Below, piece by piece: positions 26,924 to 39,477 of a stretch of 64,000 bases of DNA. Below the pieces are notes generated by a model. The model saw only the letters and a list, made by a program, of their open reading frames with translations, was not told the DNA's origin and did no database searches. Each line of letters opens with the position of its first letter. The stretch's first letter is position 1. The translations under genes were made by a program, and so were the position numbers. This DNA comes from Octopus sinensis. Taxonomy: Eukaryota. The stretch lies in contig NC_042998.1 in assembly GCF_006345805.1 (NCBI RefSeq), positions 161,820,001-161,884,000 on the forward strand. The letters run 5' to 3'.

Positions 26924-27324
26924 TATTGTCTCAGATATATAAAATGATGTGACAGTCATGGTTAGATTGTTTTTGATCTGTTATCAAAATTGTTCATATC
27001 GCCATATTATAAAATGTCAAAATCTCATGTGTGTATATAAAATGTTTTTGATACAATTTAATCAGATTGCCACATGATAACTACATATTGATCCATTTGT
27101 TCAGTAAGGACTTTTGCTTCACAAAACTAAATCACATTGGTGTTGTTGTTCATGACCAGCAATTGTCAACATTAAAGCCATAGACTTGCTTCATCAGGAA
27201 TTATTGGATCTTCTCACAAGCAGTAAACAAATTTTTTTAACTTGTTAAATCCAGAGGTAGGGACAGTCTAATCACTGCCTTTGTAGACCCTGCCTGCACT
27301 AGTGAGAGTGATGACTTTAATATT

Positions 27325-27456
27325 CTTATTTACATTTGATGGATATTTGTCCTCATCTTGTTTGTTAACACGTTTCAGCTGATATACTCGCCAGCCTTCA
27401 TCAGTTGTCTTGGGGAAATTTTGAACATGGATTTTCATTCCTAAGGTATTTTTCGA

Positions 27457-27521
<65 letters not shown>

Positions 27522-27552
27522 TCACTGCCTGGAATCGAACTCAGAATCCTTG
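27325..27552 (-). mobile_element. tRNA-head/(AAT)n/hammerhead-tail element, 5'-truncated
   Basis: B-box 'gagttcgattcc', then (AAT)n, then 'gacaa CTGATGA a ggctg..cagct GAAAC gt gtt'. Second copy at 32560-32862. Confidence 0.75.
27366..27410 (-). ncRNA. Minimal type-I hammerhead ribozyme motif (degenerate)
   Basis: CUGAUGA core, GGCUG/CAGCU stem II, GAAAC followed by GU; stem I is imperfect in this copy. Confidence 0.55.
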
Positions 27553-27554
27553 TA

Positions 27555-28690
27555 AGTCAACACAAGCAGGAAAGATAGGAGAAAGGAGGAAATTCCAGTG
27601 GGGTGACATCCTGAGAGGGAAGGATTGGGTCTAGTAATTAATGTGAGACCTGGCAGGATTTTCAACACAAGACTGTTGACAGAAGAGAAGAGTAGATCAG
27701 GAATGCTTGAGTGAGTGGTAGTGGCATGAGCATAGCTAGTTCTAAGATGCATTATAATAGCAGACGAATAAGCTGAGAGAAAAGTCAGTGCTGTTGTGGA
27801 CTAGAAAGTGGAGTGTAACTGTGAGTGAGAATTCACCAAAAAGTGTCCCTTTCCTGGCTTCAGTCTGAAACACTGTAACAAGTTTCCAAAGATCAGAAAT
27901 AAAACATTAAAACAATAAAATGTACAGAAATAAAACATGCAGCAACTTACCTATTCCAAATGTCAGGGCAATATTTCATTAAGGACTTCACCTCAGCTTT
28001 ATAGAATCTCAATAATTCTTGGTGGATGAAGTATCTTCTAACCTTGAAGAGAAGATGTATTTCTTAACTGTGATAAAAACATGCTTCCACTTGGAGAAAT
28101 CCCCAAACCACTAGGATAGATATCCAAAAGTTGGAGCAATTTTGAGGAAACTAGCTGAGTAATGTTGATGATGAAAGATGTGTGGTGTGATGATGTTCCT
28201 TTGTATGAGTAGCATTTGTGGTTTCTTGCTGTCAACAAGGACAAAATTAGTATATCCCCACTGGAGGATAATTTTGAGTTTTCTGTTCATGAAGTCAGTG
28301 TGGGCTTGACATGTCATGTTCAGATGGTGAATCGATAATACAAAGGTGAGGAATGTTAGGTAACAATGAAAGATAGCACCATCTGCATAAGAGTGGGTAT
28401 TGGTTGAGGTTGTAAATAAGTCATTGATAGAAGGAAGAGGACAAGGGAGAAAACCAAACCCAAGGAAAGAGTCCACTTGCAGGAAGTAAAGGAGAGAAGG
28501 TTACCATTTGATCTGGCATTACAAAAGCTATAGTGGTAGTCACTAGGGAGAAAGAGAGATTCAAGGTATTGGTGGTCATCATTGCTCATAGGTATCCTCA
28601 TTACCTTAGAAATATTAGAAAGGAGTCCAATAGGAGAATGATTGACAGGATCAGAGAAATTTCCTTTTTGGGGAATAGGAAACACTGTAA
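27555..28690 (-). mobile_element. CR1/Jockey-like LINE RT fragment
   Basis: VFPIPQKGNFSDPVNHSPIGLLSNISKVM, SDYHYSF...RSNGNLL, SYADG, LLRFYKAEVKSLMKYCPDIW. Confidence 0.85.
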
Positions 28691-28827
28691 AAAGTTTCCA
28701 AAGATCAGAAATAAAACATTAAAACAATAAAATGTACAGAATTAAAACATTAATGTACATGATGAATTGCTGCAAATAATTTTATAATGTCTTAGATTAT
28801 TAATATCATATTTAGTGCTTATGTGCT

Positions 28828-28885
28828 GAGGTAACAAGAAAGAGGACAGCAACACACCTGTTTCTGTCCTCTTTCATGTTACCTC
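28828..28885. repeat. Hairpin with 27-bp arms and 4-nt loop
   Basis: gaggtaacaagaaagaggacagcaaca-cacc-tgtttctgtcctctttcatgttacctc; 2 mismatches. Confidence 0.9.
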
Positions 28886-28949
28886 TCACTCTTCCTCCCA
28901 TTCTCTCTCTCCCTCTCTTTATTCTCTCTTTATCTTCTCTCTCTTTCTC

Positions 28950-29390
28950 TGGTTAGGTAACTTGTACTTCCTCTACAACAAGACAGCTATTTCTGTTTCT
29001 CTGTCTCACTATAACCTTCCATCATCTGAAACAAAATTACTCCCTCCAAGCCCCCTCCCCTCTCAGAGGATCTTTGTCTTGTAAGTTACTTGGTGACCAT
29101 GCCAGTGCTGGCATCATGTAAAATGCATCTGGTCCACATTGTAAAGTGGTTGGCATTTGGAAAGTCATCTGACTATAAAAACTATGCTGAAACTGACTTT
29201 GCCTATGTTGGTGCCATATAAAAAGCACTCAATCCACTCTGTGGGGAAGTTGGTGTTAGGAAGGGCATCCAGCCATACAGACCATGCTAAAACAGATGTA
29301 GTAGATGTCTACCTGACTGGCTTCTGTCAAATTGTTCAACCCATGCCAGCAAGGAAAGTAGACATTAAACAATGATGATGATGATGATAA
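28950..29390 (+). mobile_element. Old RTE-tailed repeat with duplicated 3' module and (GAT)n end
   Basis: 'ggttggcatttggaaagtcatc' and 'gttggtgttaggaagggcatccagcc...ccatgccagc...aatgatgatg'. Confidence 0.7.
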
Positions 29391-30878
29391 TTTGCATTAC
29401 ATTTCTATCAATCTCAGACTGTATTTGAACTCAGGACTCAGTGACAATGTAGTCTTAACCATGCATAAATAAATACATTTGATAATGCTGGGAAGGTCGG
29501 GGGTGGTTAACTGTTTGAAATGTTGTGAAAATATAAATATTGTAACTATACCATATTTTAATATAAAATCAGTGCATGTGTTTATTATTAGCGTAATGGC
29601 CCACCCAACATACAAAACAATTTGTTTCAATGTACAATTTTATGTTAAGAATCATGTAAACCAAATACAAAAATGAAATAAATATTGTAGATAATCTAGA
29701 AATTATTTTTAAAATGGTGTAATAACATGGCTCCTTCTCAGCATCATATTGGCAATATTTTATTCTCTTCTCATCTGGAATAATGATTAATAGATCTTAG
29801 TAAATGTGTACTGAAGGTATCACTGCTGTGCTTATAGAATTCACCATGCTCATAAGTATTTGTTAGAATAAAAATAATGTAGTCAAAAATAAATCTTATT
29901 GAACATTGCACATAAAGCCTTTTTTACTCTGTAATTTAAACCCCAAATCCTTATCATGGCATTTATTGATATAATGAAATGCACTATTAGGAATTAATTT
30001 GTTTATTAATTTGTAAATAAATTGCTATACTGGTGATTAACAGATTTCAGGAATATCAATTGTTGAATTTAAAGAAAACCACATTTAATTCCTATGAAAC
30101 CATTGAAAAGCAACATATATTTTATATACACATGAACACACAAATGTGTGTATGTATGTGTGTATGTATGTGTATGTATGTATGTATGTATGTATGTATG
30201 TATGCATGTATGCATGTATGTATGTATTTATGTATGTATGTATGTATGTGTGTGTGTGTATGTAAGTATGTATGCATGCATGTATGTATGTATGTATGTA
30301 TGTATGTATGTATGTATGTATGTATGTATGTATGTGTATGTATGTGTGTGTGTGTGTATGTATGTATGAAAAATAAATCTATAAATAGGTTTTTAAATGT
30401 TTTATTTTCAAAGAAATGGAAAACAACCTTTGTTTTTATCAATTCTTTCTTTTCATCAAAACCATTTCAGAACTAAAATCCTTTCAGCACCTTCTTAGTA
30501 CTTTTAAAAATGAATATTTTCAATACACTCATAACCTTCTTGATGCATGAAATGTTTAATGATTCTAATCCAATGATACAGAGTACAAAAAAAGTCTAAT
30601 ATGAAGAGAGAATGGTTTATAGAAGATTATAAATGGACCAGTGCAATACTCATTGATAAAGATAGTTGAATAAAACTTGAACACTCTAACTCACTGTCAT
30701 GCTATATTCCAGAGAAAAAAAACAAATAAAACTTCAGTAAAAGTCTATCACAACCTTTATGCTTTTTTTCCCTTTTATTTTAGAATTGTACTCATGCATG
30801 TATTTCAAGTTTTAGAATAGTTACACTATTACTCTACACAACATAAGTACTGGATAAAATGGTTGGCAATAGGAAGGG

Positions 30879-31214
30879 AGACTCCCTTCGGTCACAAATG
30901 ACCATGGGATAGCACCTAGAAAGTTACCCTCCTAGGTACAAGTCCCGGGCAAGGTTGTTTATGGAAGACCAGCAGTTGCCCATGCATACCAGCCTCTCCT
31001 CTCCATACCACTGATGTTATCCAAGGGAAAGGCAAAGACCGATACAGCTTGGCACCAGTGACATTGCAACTCATTTCAATAGCTGAGTCTACTGGAGCAA
31101 CATGAAATAAAGTGTCTTGCTCAAGAACACAAACACGCAGCCCAGCCCGGGATTTGAACTCACAACCTCACGGTCATAAGATCAATGCTCTAACCACTGA
31201 GCCATGCACCTTCA
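30879..31214 (-). mobile_element. Full-length SINE family C (tRNA head plus CORE-like domain) with 12-bp TSD
   Basis: TSD caataggaaggg at 30867-30878 and 31215-31226; head ggtgcatggctcagtggttagagc...gagttcaaatccc; inserted into an older RTE-tail repeat. Confidence 0.93.
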
Positions 31215-32559
31215 CAATAGGAAGGGTATCCAGCTGTAAAACATTACTTCAAGAAATCTGCCCAACTCATGCCAGTATGGAAAAAGGAATGCAAAACAAC
31301 GATGATGATGGTGATGATGGTGATGGTGGTGGTGGTGGTGGTGGTGGTGGTGGTGATTATGACAATTATGATGATGATGGTGGTTGTGATGACTCACGTG
31401 CCAATGGGTGGATGACTGTAAAGCACTGGACAAACATTTTGTAACATTTAGTTTTTGTTTACATCCCACTAACTTCTCAACTCGAAATTTCCCCAGGTTG
31501 ATCTTTTTTGTTTCCTCCTTTCATCTTTTCAAGATGAGAAAAATGTGCATCCATCAACAAATAATGAAAGGTGGTAACCCTGCATGGAAAAAGTTAAATG
31601 GCTAAAGCCCAACAATAGAATAACACAATAAAAAAAAAGAAGAAAAAATAATCAAAAATAAACACCTTGTAAGTCAAAATACAGATATGAAAGATACAGA
31701 AATAAGGATGTTTTCCATGGACATCCCTGATAATGGGATATCGGAAACAAAAGCAAACAAACAAAAAAATAAAAAAATAAAGAAGCACAACACAAAATTG
31801 TTAATTTTATAAATAGAAATAAATATACTTACATATGCATACATGTTTCTTTCTAAATAGCAGACCATTAAAAACAGACAAGGAGATTTATTTTCTCACA
31901 ATGGTTCTCTCTTTGCATTTATTTATTACTTTCATTTTTATATGATTTTCATCTTAATATATCACTAGCGACATTCATTTATAAAGATGACACTGTATTA
32001 TTCCTCGCAGCCAAATCTATCGCTAGTTAGATACTCTTCAAATCTAACTAATCTTGTTATTCTGACAAATGAATTAATAAATAACAAGGATTTCATTTTC
32101 TATTTTTATAATCTTCCTAACTGTCACTGTTTTGAATGTTTACTCAGTCAGTGGTTTACAACAATGATTGTTACTTGTCATCGAAACCTATGTTGACTCT
32201 TATTATCACATCTCTGTCCTGCCATTCTTCCTCTCCCTCGTTCTTTTTTGTTATATTTTCTTTTGTTCTTTCTTATGTAGCTTGTCTATTATTTATATAT
32301 TCATCTGGTTGTTTCTTATAGGGGAGAAGAGATATCTAATAATGTTTGCACTGAACTGAGATTTACAAATGTAGAGAAGAAAAGTGCACACACACACACA
32401 CACACACATGTACATAATCTTACACATGTTACAAGAATGCTGCATGTTGTGAATGTAGAAAAGTAAAAAGCTCATATATATAGACAGATACACATACACA
32501 CAGACCATATATAGGATTATTAGGTTTATTAATTAGAAATATGCAAACAACACATTCAC

Positions 32560-32698
32560 AATTCTATATTTAAGAGATGAGGAATTATGTATATTATTTA
32601 CATTCGATGGATATTTGTCATCATCTTGTTTGTTGAACCTTCTTCAGTTGTCTTGGGGAAATTTTGAACCTGGGTTCTCATTCCTGAGGTATTTTCCA

Positions 32699-32740
<42 letters not shown>

Positions 32741-32862
32741 CATTATTATTATTATATTATTATTATTATTGTTATTGTTCAGGTCACTGCTTGGAATCGA
32801 ACTCGGAATCTTGGGGTTATTAGCCTGCACTCTTAACCACTACACCATATGCCCGTGGGCAT
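32560..32862 (-). mobile_element. tRNA-head/(AAT)n/PLE-like-tail element, hammerhead internally deleted
   Basis: Head 'gggcatatggtgtagtggttaagagtgcagg...gagttcgattcc'; tail colinear with 27325-27455 but lacks stem II and GAAAC after CTGAAGAAGG. Confidence 0.8.
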
Positions 32863-33319
32863 TCACAAATACATAACATATGCTGGTTCACAACATACTA
32901 ATACAGTTGTGCATGTACACATATGCAAACTTATACTCACACAGTTGAACATGTACATGTATGCAAACTTATACACATACATAGACACACGCATACACAT
33001 TTACGTTCATCCCACTCACACATGTACATATTTATGTTCCTCACCCACACACATTTGGACACTTACTCATCTTTGCTTGCTGAATGAACTAGAGCAATGT
33101 GAAATGTAGTATCTTGCTCAAGAATACAACACATCACATTGTCAAGGAATTGAAATCACAATCTTACATTCATGAGTGCAACACCCTAACCACTAAGCCA
33201 CATGTCTCTGCAGAGTGAATTTTATAAATTCTATATTTACTTGGTATTTGGAATAGATCGATAGATAAAAAGGCAGAGCTAACCTAAGCAGGATTTGAAA
33301 CACAAGATGAAAATTACAT

Positions 33320-33720
33320 ACATATGCTATATGGTAATGTGACATGAGCCTTGAATACAGTGGATTGTGAAGACTGGAAAGAAATGAAGCAAGCATGATC
33401 TGTTGGGTGTGCAGTGTGAACATGCATAAATGACAAAAATGCTGAGAGAAAACTGGACATAAGAAGAATCAGATGTAGTGTGTAAGATAGAAGACTATCA
33501 TGGCATGGGCATGTGATGTGTATGGCTGAGGACCACTATATAAGGAAGTAACGATCGCTAAATGTGGCTGGATTTTATTGACAAGGAAAGCCGAATATAA
33601 AAAGATACAAAGTGGTGAAGGCTGGCCTTAGAACCCTAAGTATCATGAAAGAGATGACAAAGGCCTGGGATGTCTGGTGATATGCAGTCCTCAAGAAGAC
33701 ACCTCCACTGTGCCAAAACG
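33320..33720 (+). mobile_element. Old RTE ORF2 C-terminal fragment
   Basis: MLYGNVT*A, ERNEASMICWVC, LREKLDIRRI, RRLSWHGHVM; homologous to 41674-42138. Confidence 0.8.
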
Positions 33721-33870
33721 GACTTCTGGGAGTACTGTTGGTATACATATTGCATAGATGCATGAATGGACACATCAGCTAAAATCACATCCTTACTCTC
33801 ACCAAATCTGTTCCACTGCAGTTCCTGATACCACATTCTGTAGTCTGTTGATATTATCTTCAACACCAAT

Positions 33871-34080
33871 GTGGCGATCTAGTAGAATCGTTAGCACACT
33901 GGGAAAAATTCTTAGTGGCATTTCATCTGTCTTTATGGTTTGAGTTCAAATTCTGCCAAGGTTGACTTTGCCTTTCATTCTTTTGGGATCAATAAAGAAA
34001 GTAGCAATTGTGTACAGGTGCTATTGTAATCAACTAGTCCCCTCCACAAAATTGCTGGCCTTGTGCCTAAACTTGAAAGT
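33871..34080 (+). mobile_element. SINE family B
   Basis: Colinear with 40043-40256 and 45351-45562. Confidence 0.85.
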
Positions 34081-34469
34081 GATAGTGTCTTCAACATCCA
34101 CGTGTCACATTGATCTCCTCCATCCCTTCACTGAACTACTGAATGGTTGGGGAACAGACATCTTACCACACAGATATGCCTGCACCTATATGTGTGTGTG
34201 TGTGTATGTGTATACACACACATATATGTATTTTGTATATATAAATATGTATATCTATATATATCAATGGGCCTGTGTTCTCCACCACCACTTGACAACC
34301 AGTATTGGTTTATTTACATCCCTATAACTTAACAGTTCAGCAAAAAGGACAAGTACCAGGCAAATAAAAATACTACTGGGGTGTATTTGTTCAACTAAGC
34401 CCTTCAAGATGATGTCCCAGTAAAAACTATAATATATATATATATATAGGTATACATACATACATACAT

Positions 34470-34670
34470 GATGGCCGTCCACTCGTGACCGAGGAAGACC
34501 ATTGCTGACCTTCAGGAACATTGTGCGCTCTAGGACTAACTTATATTTTGCATTTGCGGCTCTGTTGGTGGCTAATGAGCCCTGCTCTTGACAAGCATAC
34601 ACGACTGCAAACATTGCAGACCAAGCTTTCCCCATTCACTATACGGGCCGTGTGCTTTCACGCAGCTCAC
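34470..34670 (-). mobile_element. RTE (BovB-like) 3' end with C2H2-like finger and (ATGT)n tail
   Basis: Minus frame GESLVCNVCSRVCLSRAGLISHQ; terminal 'atggtcttcctcggtcacgagtggacggccat'. Confidence 0.7.
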
Positions 34671-34699
34671 TTAAGTTCTTCATGCTGGATATGTGCTCT

Positions 34700-35018
34700 C
34701 TCAAAAGTTATATGGAGACAAGTGACTGAGACCTTAGGCAGTATATTGTGCTTGAGAAGACCTGTAAAGCCAAGTGAGATCATAGTCGTGGCTGATGCTG
34801 GTGCTGCATAACTGGTACTTGTGCTGGTGGCATGTGAAGAACACCCACTACACTCTTGCAGAGGTTGGTGTTTGGAAGGGCATCCAGCCATAGAAATTAT
34901 GTCAAATCAGACTGGAACCTGGTGCAGCTTACCAGTTTTCAGTGAAACCATCCAACCCGTGTGAGCATTGAAAATGGATGTTAAATGACAATGATGATGA
35001 TGATGAAGATGATGATGA
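34700..35018 (+). mobile_element. RTE 3' end with (GAT)n tail
   Basis: Homologous to 16500-16675 and 41075-41250. Confidence 0.8.
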
Positions 35019-35278
35019 TATATTATGTAGTTGAGTAGGATCTTCAGTTATGGCTGGTCAGAAAGTTTCTCTTGGTTTCACATCTGCTATTGCTCTTAGT
35101 AATGTAGGTGACTCATGAAACCTGCTGGCTGGTGACAAATAACTTGACTGGCAATAACCAAAGCTATACTATTCAACTGCAAAAAATATAACGGCTCAAA
35201 AACGTTTTTGGACTGTACTTTTTTGTGGGAGGTTAAAGGACAACTGACCAATTATATATGCATGTGTGTGGTGTGTGT

Positions 35279-35311
<33 letters not shown>

Positions 35312-35728
35312 ATTTTGCTAGTGGTTGTTAATAAGAAACTAAAAGAGAGACAATACTAAGTATAATGGTATGAGTTTGCTAGACAAACATATAAAAAGTA
35401 AGTGAGTATCTGAATAAAATAATTTTTGGTGGTATGGCGATTATTTTAGATACATGCTAAAACTGATAGGGTCCTATCAGTTTGTAATAAACATAAAAAG
35501 GAAAATATGGGTCCTTATGTCTTTTTATCTTTGTAGTTATTTTTATTTTTCATTTCTATCTTAATGAACAGCTTTCAAGAGTTTTCTTTCTTTAACCAAT
35601 TTGCTGTTTACTTGGTTTCTATGCAAAAAAGTGAGTTTTTTGATATGCAGAGAAGATCAAGTGAAAACCAACAAAGAGCCCTCCTGCTGTTTGTATTCCC
35701 TCTTTTCACTGAACCAAACTTTACTTAC

Positions 35729-35835
35729 CGGAAATATTGTGCTTCACTTGATACAGTGATTCGTCTTCCATAAGTTTGTTTGTGCCTTGTTTGTCATGCA
35801 GCTTTTCATTCACATCCCCATTACTTAAAGCGTAC
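35729..35835 (-). CDS. Best candidate host exon, 107 nt (YALSNGDVNEKLHDKQGTNKLMEDESLYQVKHNIS); product unknown
   Basis: tttttcag|G acceptor, CCG|gtaagt consensus donor, open phase 2-1 frame, no repeat similarity noticed. Confidence 0.45.
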
Positions 35836-37020
35836 CTGAAAAACCTCCAGATCTTTCTGGAAGTTTTACTGTCCTTCTTTTTCTTTTACTTTTATTTGTG
35901 TGTGTGTGTGTTGTTAACATATTACACAGTGTTTTACAAGAAAAATCAAAAACCATGTCGACAATTTATTCTCATGTGCCTTTAATCTCCTTTGCTTTAA
36001 TTCTTTGTTTCTTTTGTTGTTGCTATTGTTATTGTAGTTTTTTTACACCCTCACCAAACAAACTGGATGTTGGTGAGGGATACTAATAAATAAATAAATA
36101 AATAGATAGATAGATAGATAGATAAATAAATACAAATAATGTACAATAAGAAGTGGGATGTTTTTTTTCATAATTACTGAGTCCTGAGAATCTAACAGCT
36201 AGAAGCAAATCTGAGAAAGAGATTATTTCTTCAAGAAGGAATGCTGTCTTTAAGCAACAGACCTTTTCTTTTTTTGGTTTTGTTGGTTTATATGTCTCTG
36301 TTTTTTTTGTGATACGGTTGAAATACTGAAAAAAAAAAAAGAAATTCTAAGAAAAACATAGACACTGCTGGGTTTAGAGTAAGAAGGGCATTTTTCTATT
36401 TCATTTAATAGCAATAAAGCAATTGGTTTCTAACAGGAGGAATCTCATCCTGCTAACAATAATAATAGCAACAAAATATAAAAAGGGACAACAACAACAG
36501 TAACAACTAGACAGTCACCACAACAACAATCAACAGCAATAATATAAAGAATGTCAGCAATAACAACTGCAGGAGTAGCAAGAAAAAAGAAAATGATAAT
36601 GATAATAATAAAAACACCAATAGCAGCAGTAGTGACAAGATGATGGCATCAAAGAGGGAGAAATAGAAAAGCATCATCATCATCATTATCACCATCATCA
36701 TCATCATCAAAATGTGTGAATATCCTAAAAGTAACAACAGCGACACTGAATAAGTAAATAACAGAACTACTACTACTACTACTACTACTACTACTGTTGC
36801 TTGCCGTTTCTTGCTTTGTTCTTTCAGTGAACTTTTCTCCAAAATTTTGTGTAATTTCTCACATTTAAATATTTGTCTTATTTAGAGCTTGGTGTTTGTT
36901 TTTATACTATATTTCCAAATTTTGTCGCTCTCAAGTATTTAATTTTTAATTTTTGATCACTTAAAAAATTTCCCAACATATTTAATGTCTCTTGTATTTT
37001 GTATTTCTTTCTCCCCACCG

Positions 37021-37069
<49 letters not shown>

Positions 37070-37302
37070 GTACATACATGCGTACATATAATATATATGT
37101 ATATGTGTGTGTATATTACTCACTCATTTCTATTTTTTTTTCTCTATCACTAACATTTCTTCTTTTTTCTTATTTTTCTATTTTCTTTTCAATTTCTCTC
37201 TTACCTTTCACTTTCACTTCTCTCTCTCTCTCTCACCATTTCCTCACCTTTCTCTCCCCCTCACTATTTCTCTCTCAATGTTGGTCTGTCTGTTTGTTTG
37301 TC

Positions 37303-37356
<54 letters not shown>

Positions 37357-38042
37357 CCTTTCTCACTTTCTCTTGCTCTTTCTCTCTTTGTACATACTTT
37401 TTGTATAGTTTATTCCTTCTGCTTTATCAGCTACTTTTCTCTCTTTCATTCAGTTTCTTAACCAATCAGTTCCTTTATCAGAAAAGTATATATTTGGGAA
37501 GAGATATCTACTCCAATTCTAATATTGTAAGAATAAAAAAGAAATATGAGAGAAAAGAAGAAATAAAAATATAAATAAAAATATAAAACACATTTAAAAT
37601 ACTACAAGTTGGATATTGTGTGCAACTTAATTCAAGATTATTAAATTTTTGCTAAGACATATTTTTTTCCTGTAAAAATTTACTCAAGAGTTGATGGAAT
37701 ATATCATATTTGAATGTTTATGAAGTCTTTCTTGAATATTATTGTCCTTTAGTGTAATTAAGATGTTATGACATGTGTTTGACACAGATGACTTAATTAG
37801 TGACATTTGAAAGCAAAGTAAAGATGGGCACAGGTGTGGCTTTGTGGTAAAAAGCTTGCTTCCCAGTTACATGGTTCTGGGTTCAGTCCCACTGCATTGC
37901 ACTGTGGGCATGAAATACAAAACAAGAAAAAATACTGTAGCAAATAATAAAGACAGTTAATTCATTCATATATTTTGGAGAATGGCAGTGGGTATAAGAT
38001 GGAGAAATAGTATAGATTATCATTTAATAATTATCAAGATAT

Positions 38043-38458
38043 AGGCTTAGGAGCGGCTGTGTGGTAAGTAGCTTGCTTACGAACCACATAGTTCCAGATT
38101 CAGTCCCACTGTATGGCACCTTGGGCAAGTGTCTTCTACTATAGCCTCGGGCCGACCAAAGCCTTATGAGTGGATTTGGTAGATGGAAACTGAAAGAACC
38201 CCGTCGTAAATATGTATATATATATATATGCATGTGTGCATGTATATGTTTGTATGTCTGTATTTGTCCTCCCAACATCGCTTGACAACCGATGCTGGTG
38301 TGTTTACATCCCCATAACTTAGCAGTTTGGCAAAAGGGATCGATAGAATAAATACTAGGCTTACAAAGAATAAGTCCTGGGGTTGATTTGCTCGACTAAA
38401 GGCAGTGCTCCAGCATGGCTGCACTCAAATGACTGAAACAAGTAAAAGAGTAAAGTGT
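38043..38458 (+). mobile_element. SINE family A, young, inserted in the left arm of the fold-back
   Basis: Full head-to-tail copy; the opposite arm shows the empty site 'aagatattattttc', implying a short ATAT duplication. Confidence 0.93.
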
Positions 38459-38738
38459 ATATTATTTTCTGGTTTTAGTTACTCGACTACATACATATAT
38501 AAATCTTATTGGCAAGATTTATATAGTAAAATCAATAAAAGCAGTACAGTGAACTTGTGGTGAGGAGTAGAAAATCCAGTGTGATGGACACAGTCCTTCT
38601 TCAGGGAAGAAGCTAGAAGGAGAGAAATTAATGAAAGACAGCAGAGTTCTACATCCTCTTAGTTAAAAAAAAATTGGCTGCAACTTAGAGGATGCAAAAC
38701 TCTACCTGTATTTCATTAATGTCTCTCATTTCAACTTT

Positions 38739-38774
38739 CACCCTGAAGAAGGACTGTGTCCGAAATGTTGGGTT
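38739..38774 (+). ncRNA. Minimal hammerhead-like motif (mirror copy ~38570-38606 on minus)
   Basis: cc-CTGAAGA-a-GGAC-tgt-GTCC-GAAA-tg-TT-gg. Confidence 0.55.
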
Positions 38775-39477
38775 TTCCACTCCTCACTGCATGTCCACTG
38801 TTATCTTTTTATTGATTTTTTTCTATACAGGTATATAAATATATAGTAATACATGTGTGTGTGTCTGTTTATAGGTGAAGAATGGCAGAATCGATTTGTT
38901 TAAACAAAAAATACCTTGTGGTATTTGGTTTTGTACAAGTAACATTCACATTGATTTTTGCCATTCATCTATTATATGATGAATAATTCCCTACAACACT
39001 TCAAAGTAGTGTACCAACATGAACACAGTAGAGTGACTAAAACCAGAAAATAATATCTTGATAATTATTAAATTATAATAATCTATACTATTTCTCCATC
39101 CCATACTCACTGCCATTCTCCAAAATATCTGGGTGAATTAATTGTCCTTATTATTTGCTACAATATTTTTTTCTTGTTTCTGCTATTTCATGGCATATTT
39201 TTCTCCCATTCCCTTCAACCTACACATTTCTGAAAAATACTTGATATGAAATAATTTTTACAATTGGTATTCAACTATGTTTATTCTGCTTATCTCTATG
39301 CATTGTTACTGAGGTATAAATTTACTGAGACCAATTAAAGATAAAGCTAATTTTTTTCTTCTAAAATAAGTGTGATGGATAATTGAATTGATATTGATGT
39401 ATAAAATACTATGATACTTTATGTTCTGAGTTCAAATTCCATTCAAATTGAATTTACCTTTAATTTTTTTTTCTGTG

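Larger units (their letters stand above)
37908..39192. repeat. Nested fold-back: outer inverted duplication around an inner ~290-bp hairpin
   Basis: 37908-38042 plus 38459-38490 pair with 39028-39192; 38528-38664 pairs with 38681-38820. Confidence 0.92.

Noticed and set aside
32785-32862. tRNA genes at SINE heads (also 31140-31214, 52592-52665)
   Set aside because: A/B boxes are present but run into repeat bodies, and I could not build a complete cloverleaf with an acceptor stem.
11608-36079. Small 8-10-bp stems (about 11608, 14026, 24793, 36048)
   Set aside because: Expected by chance at this length in 64 kb.
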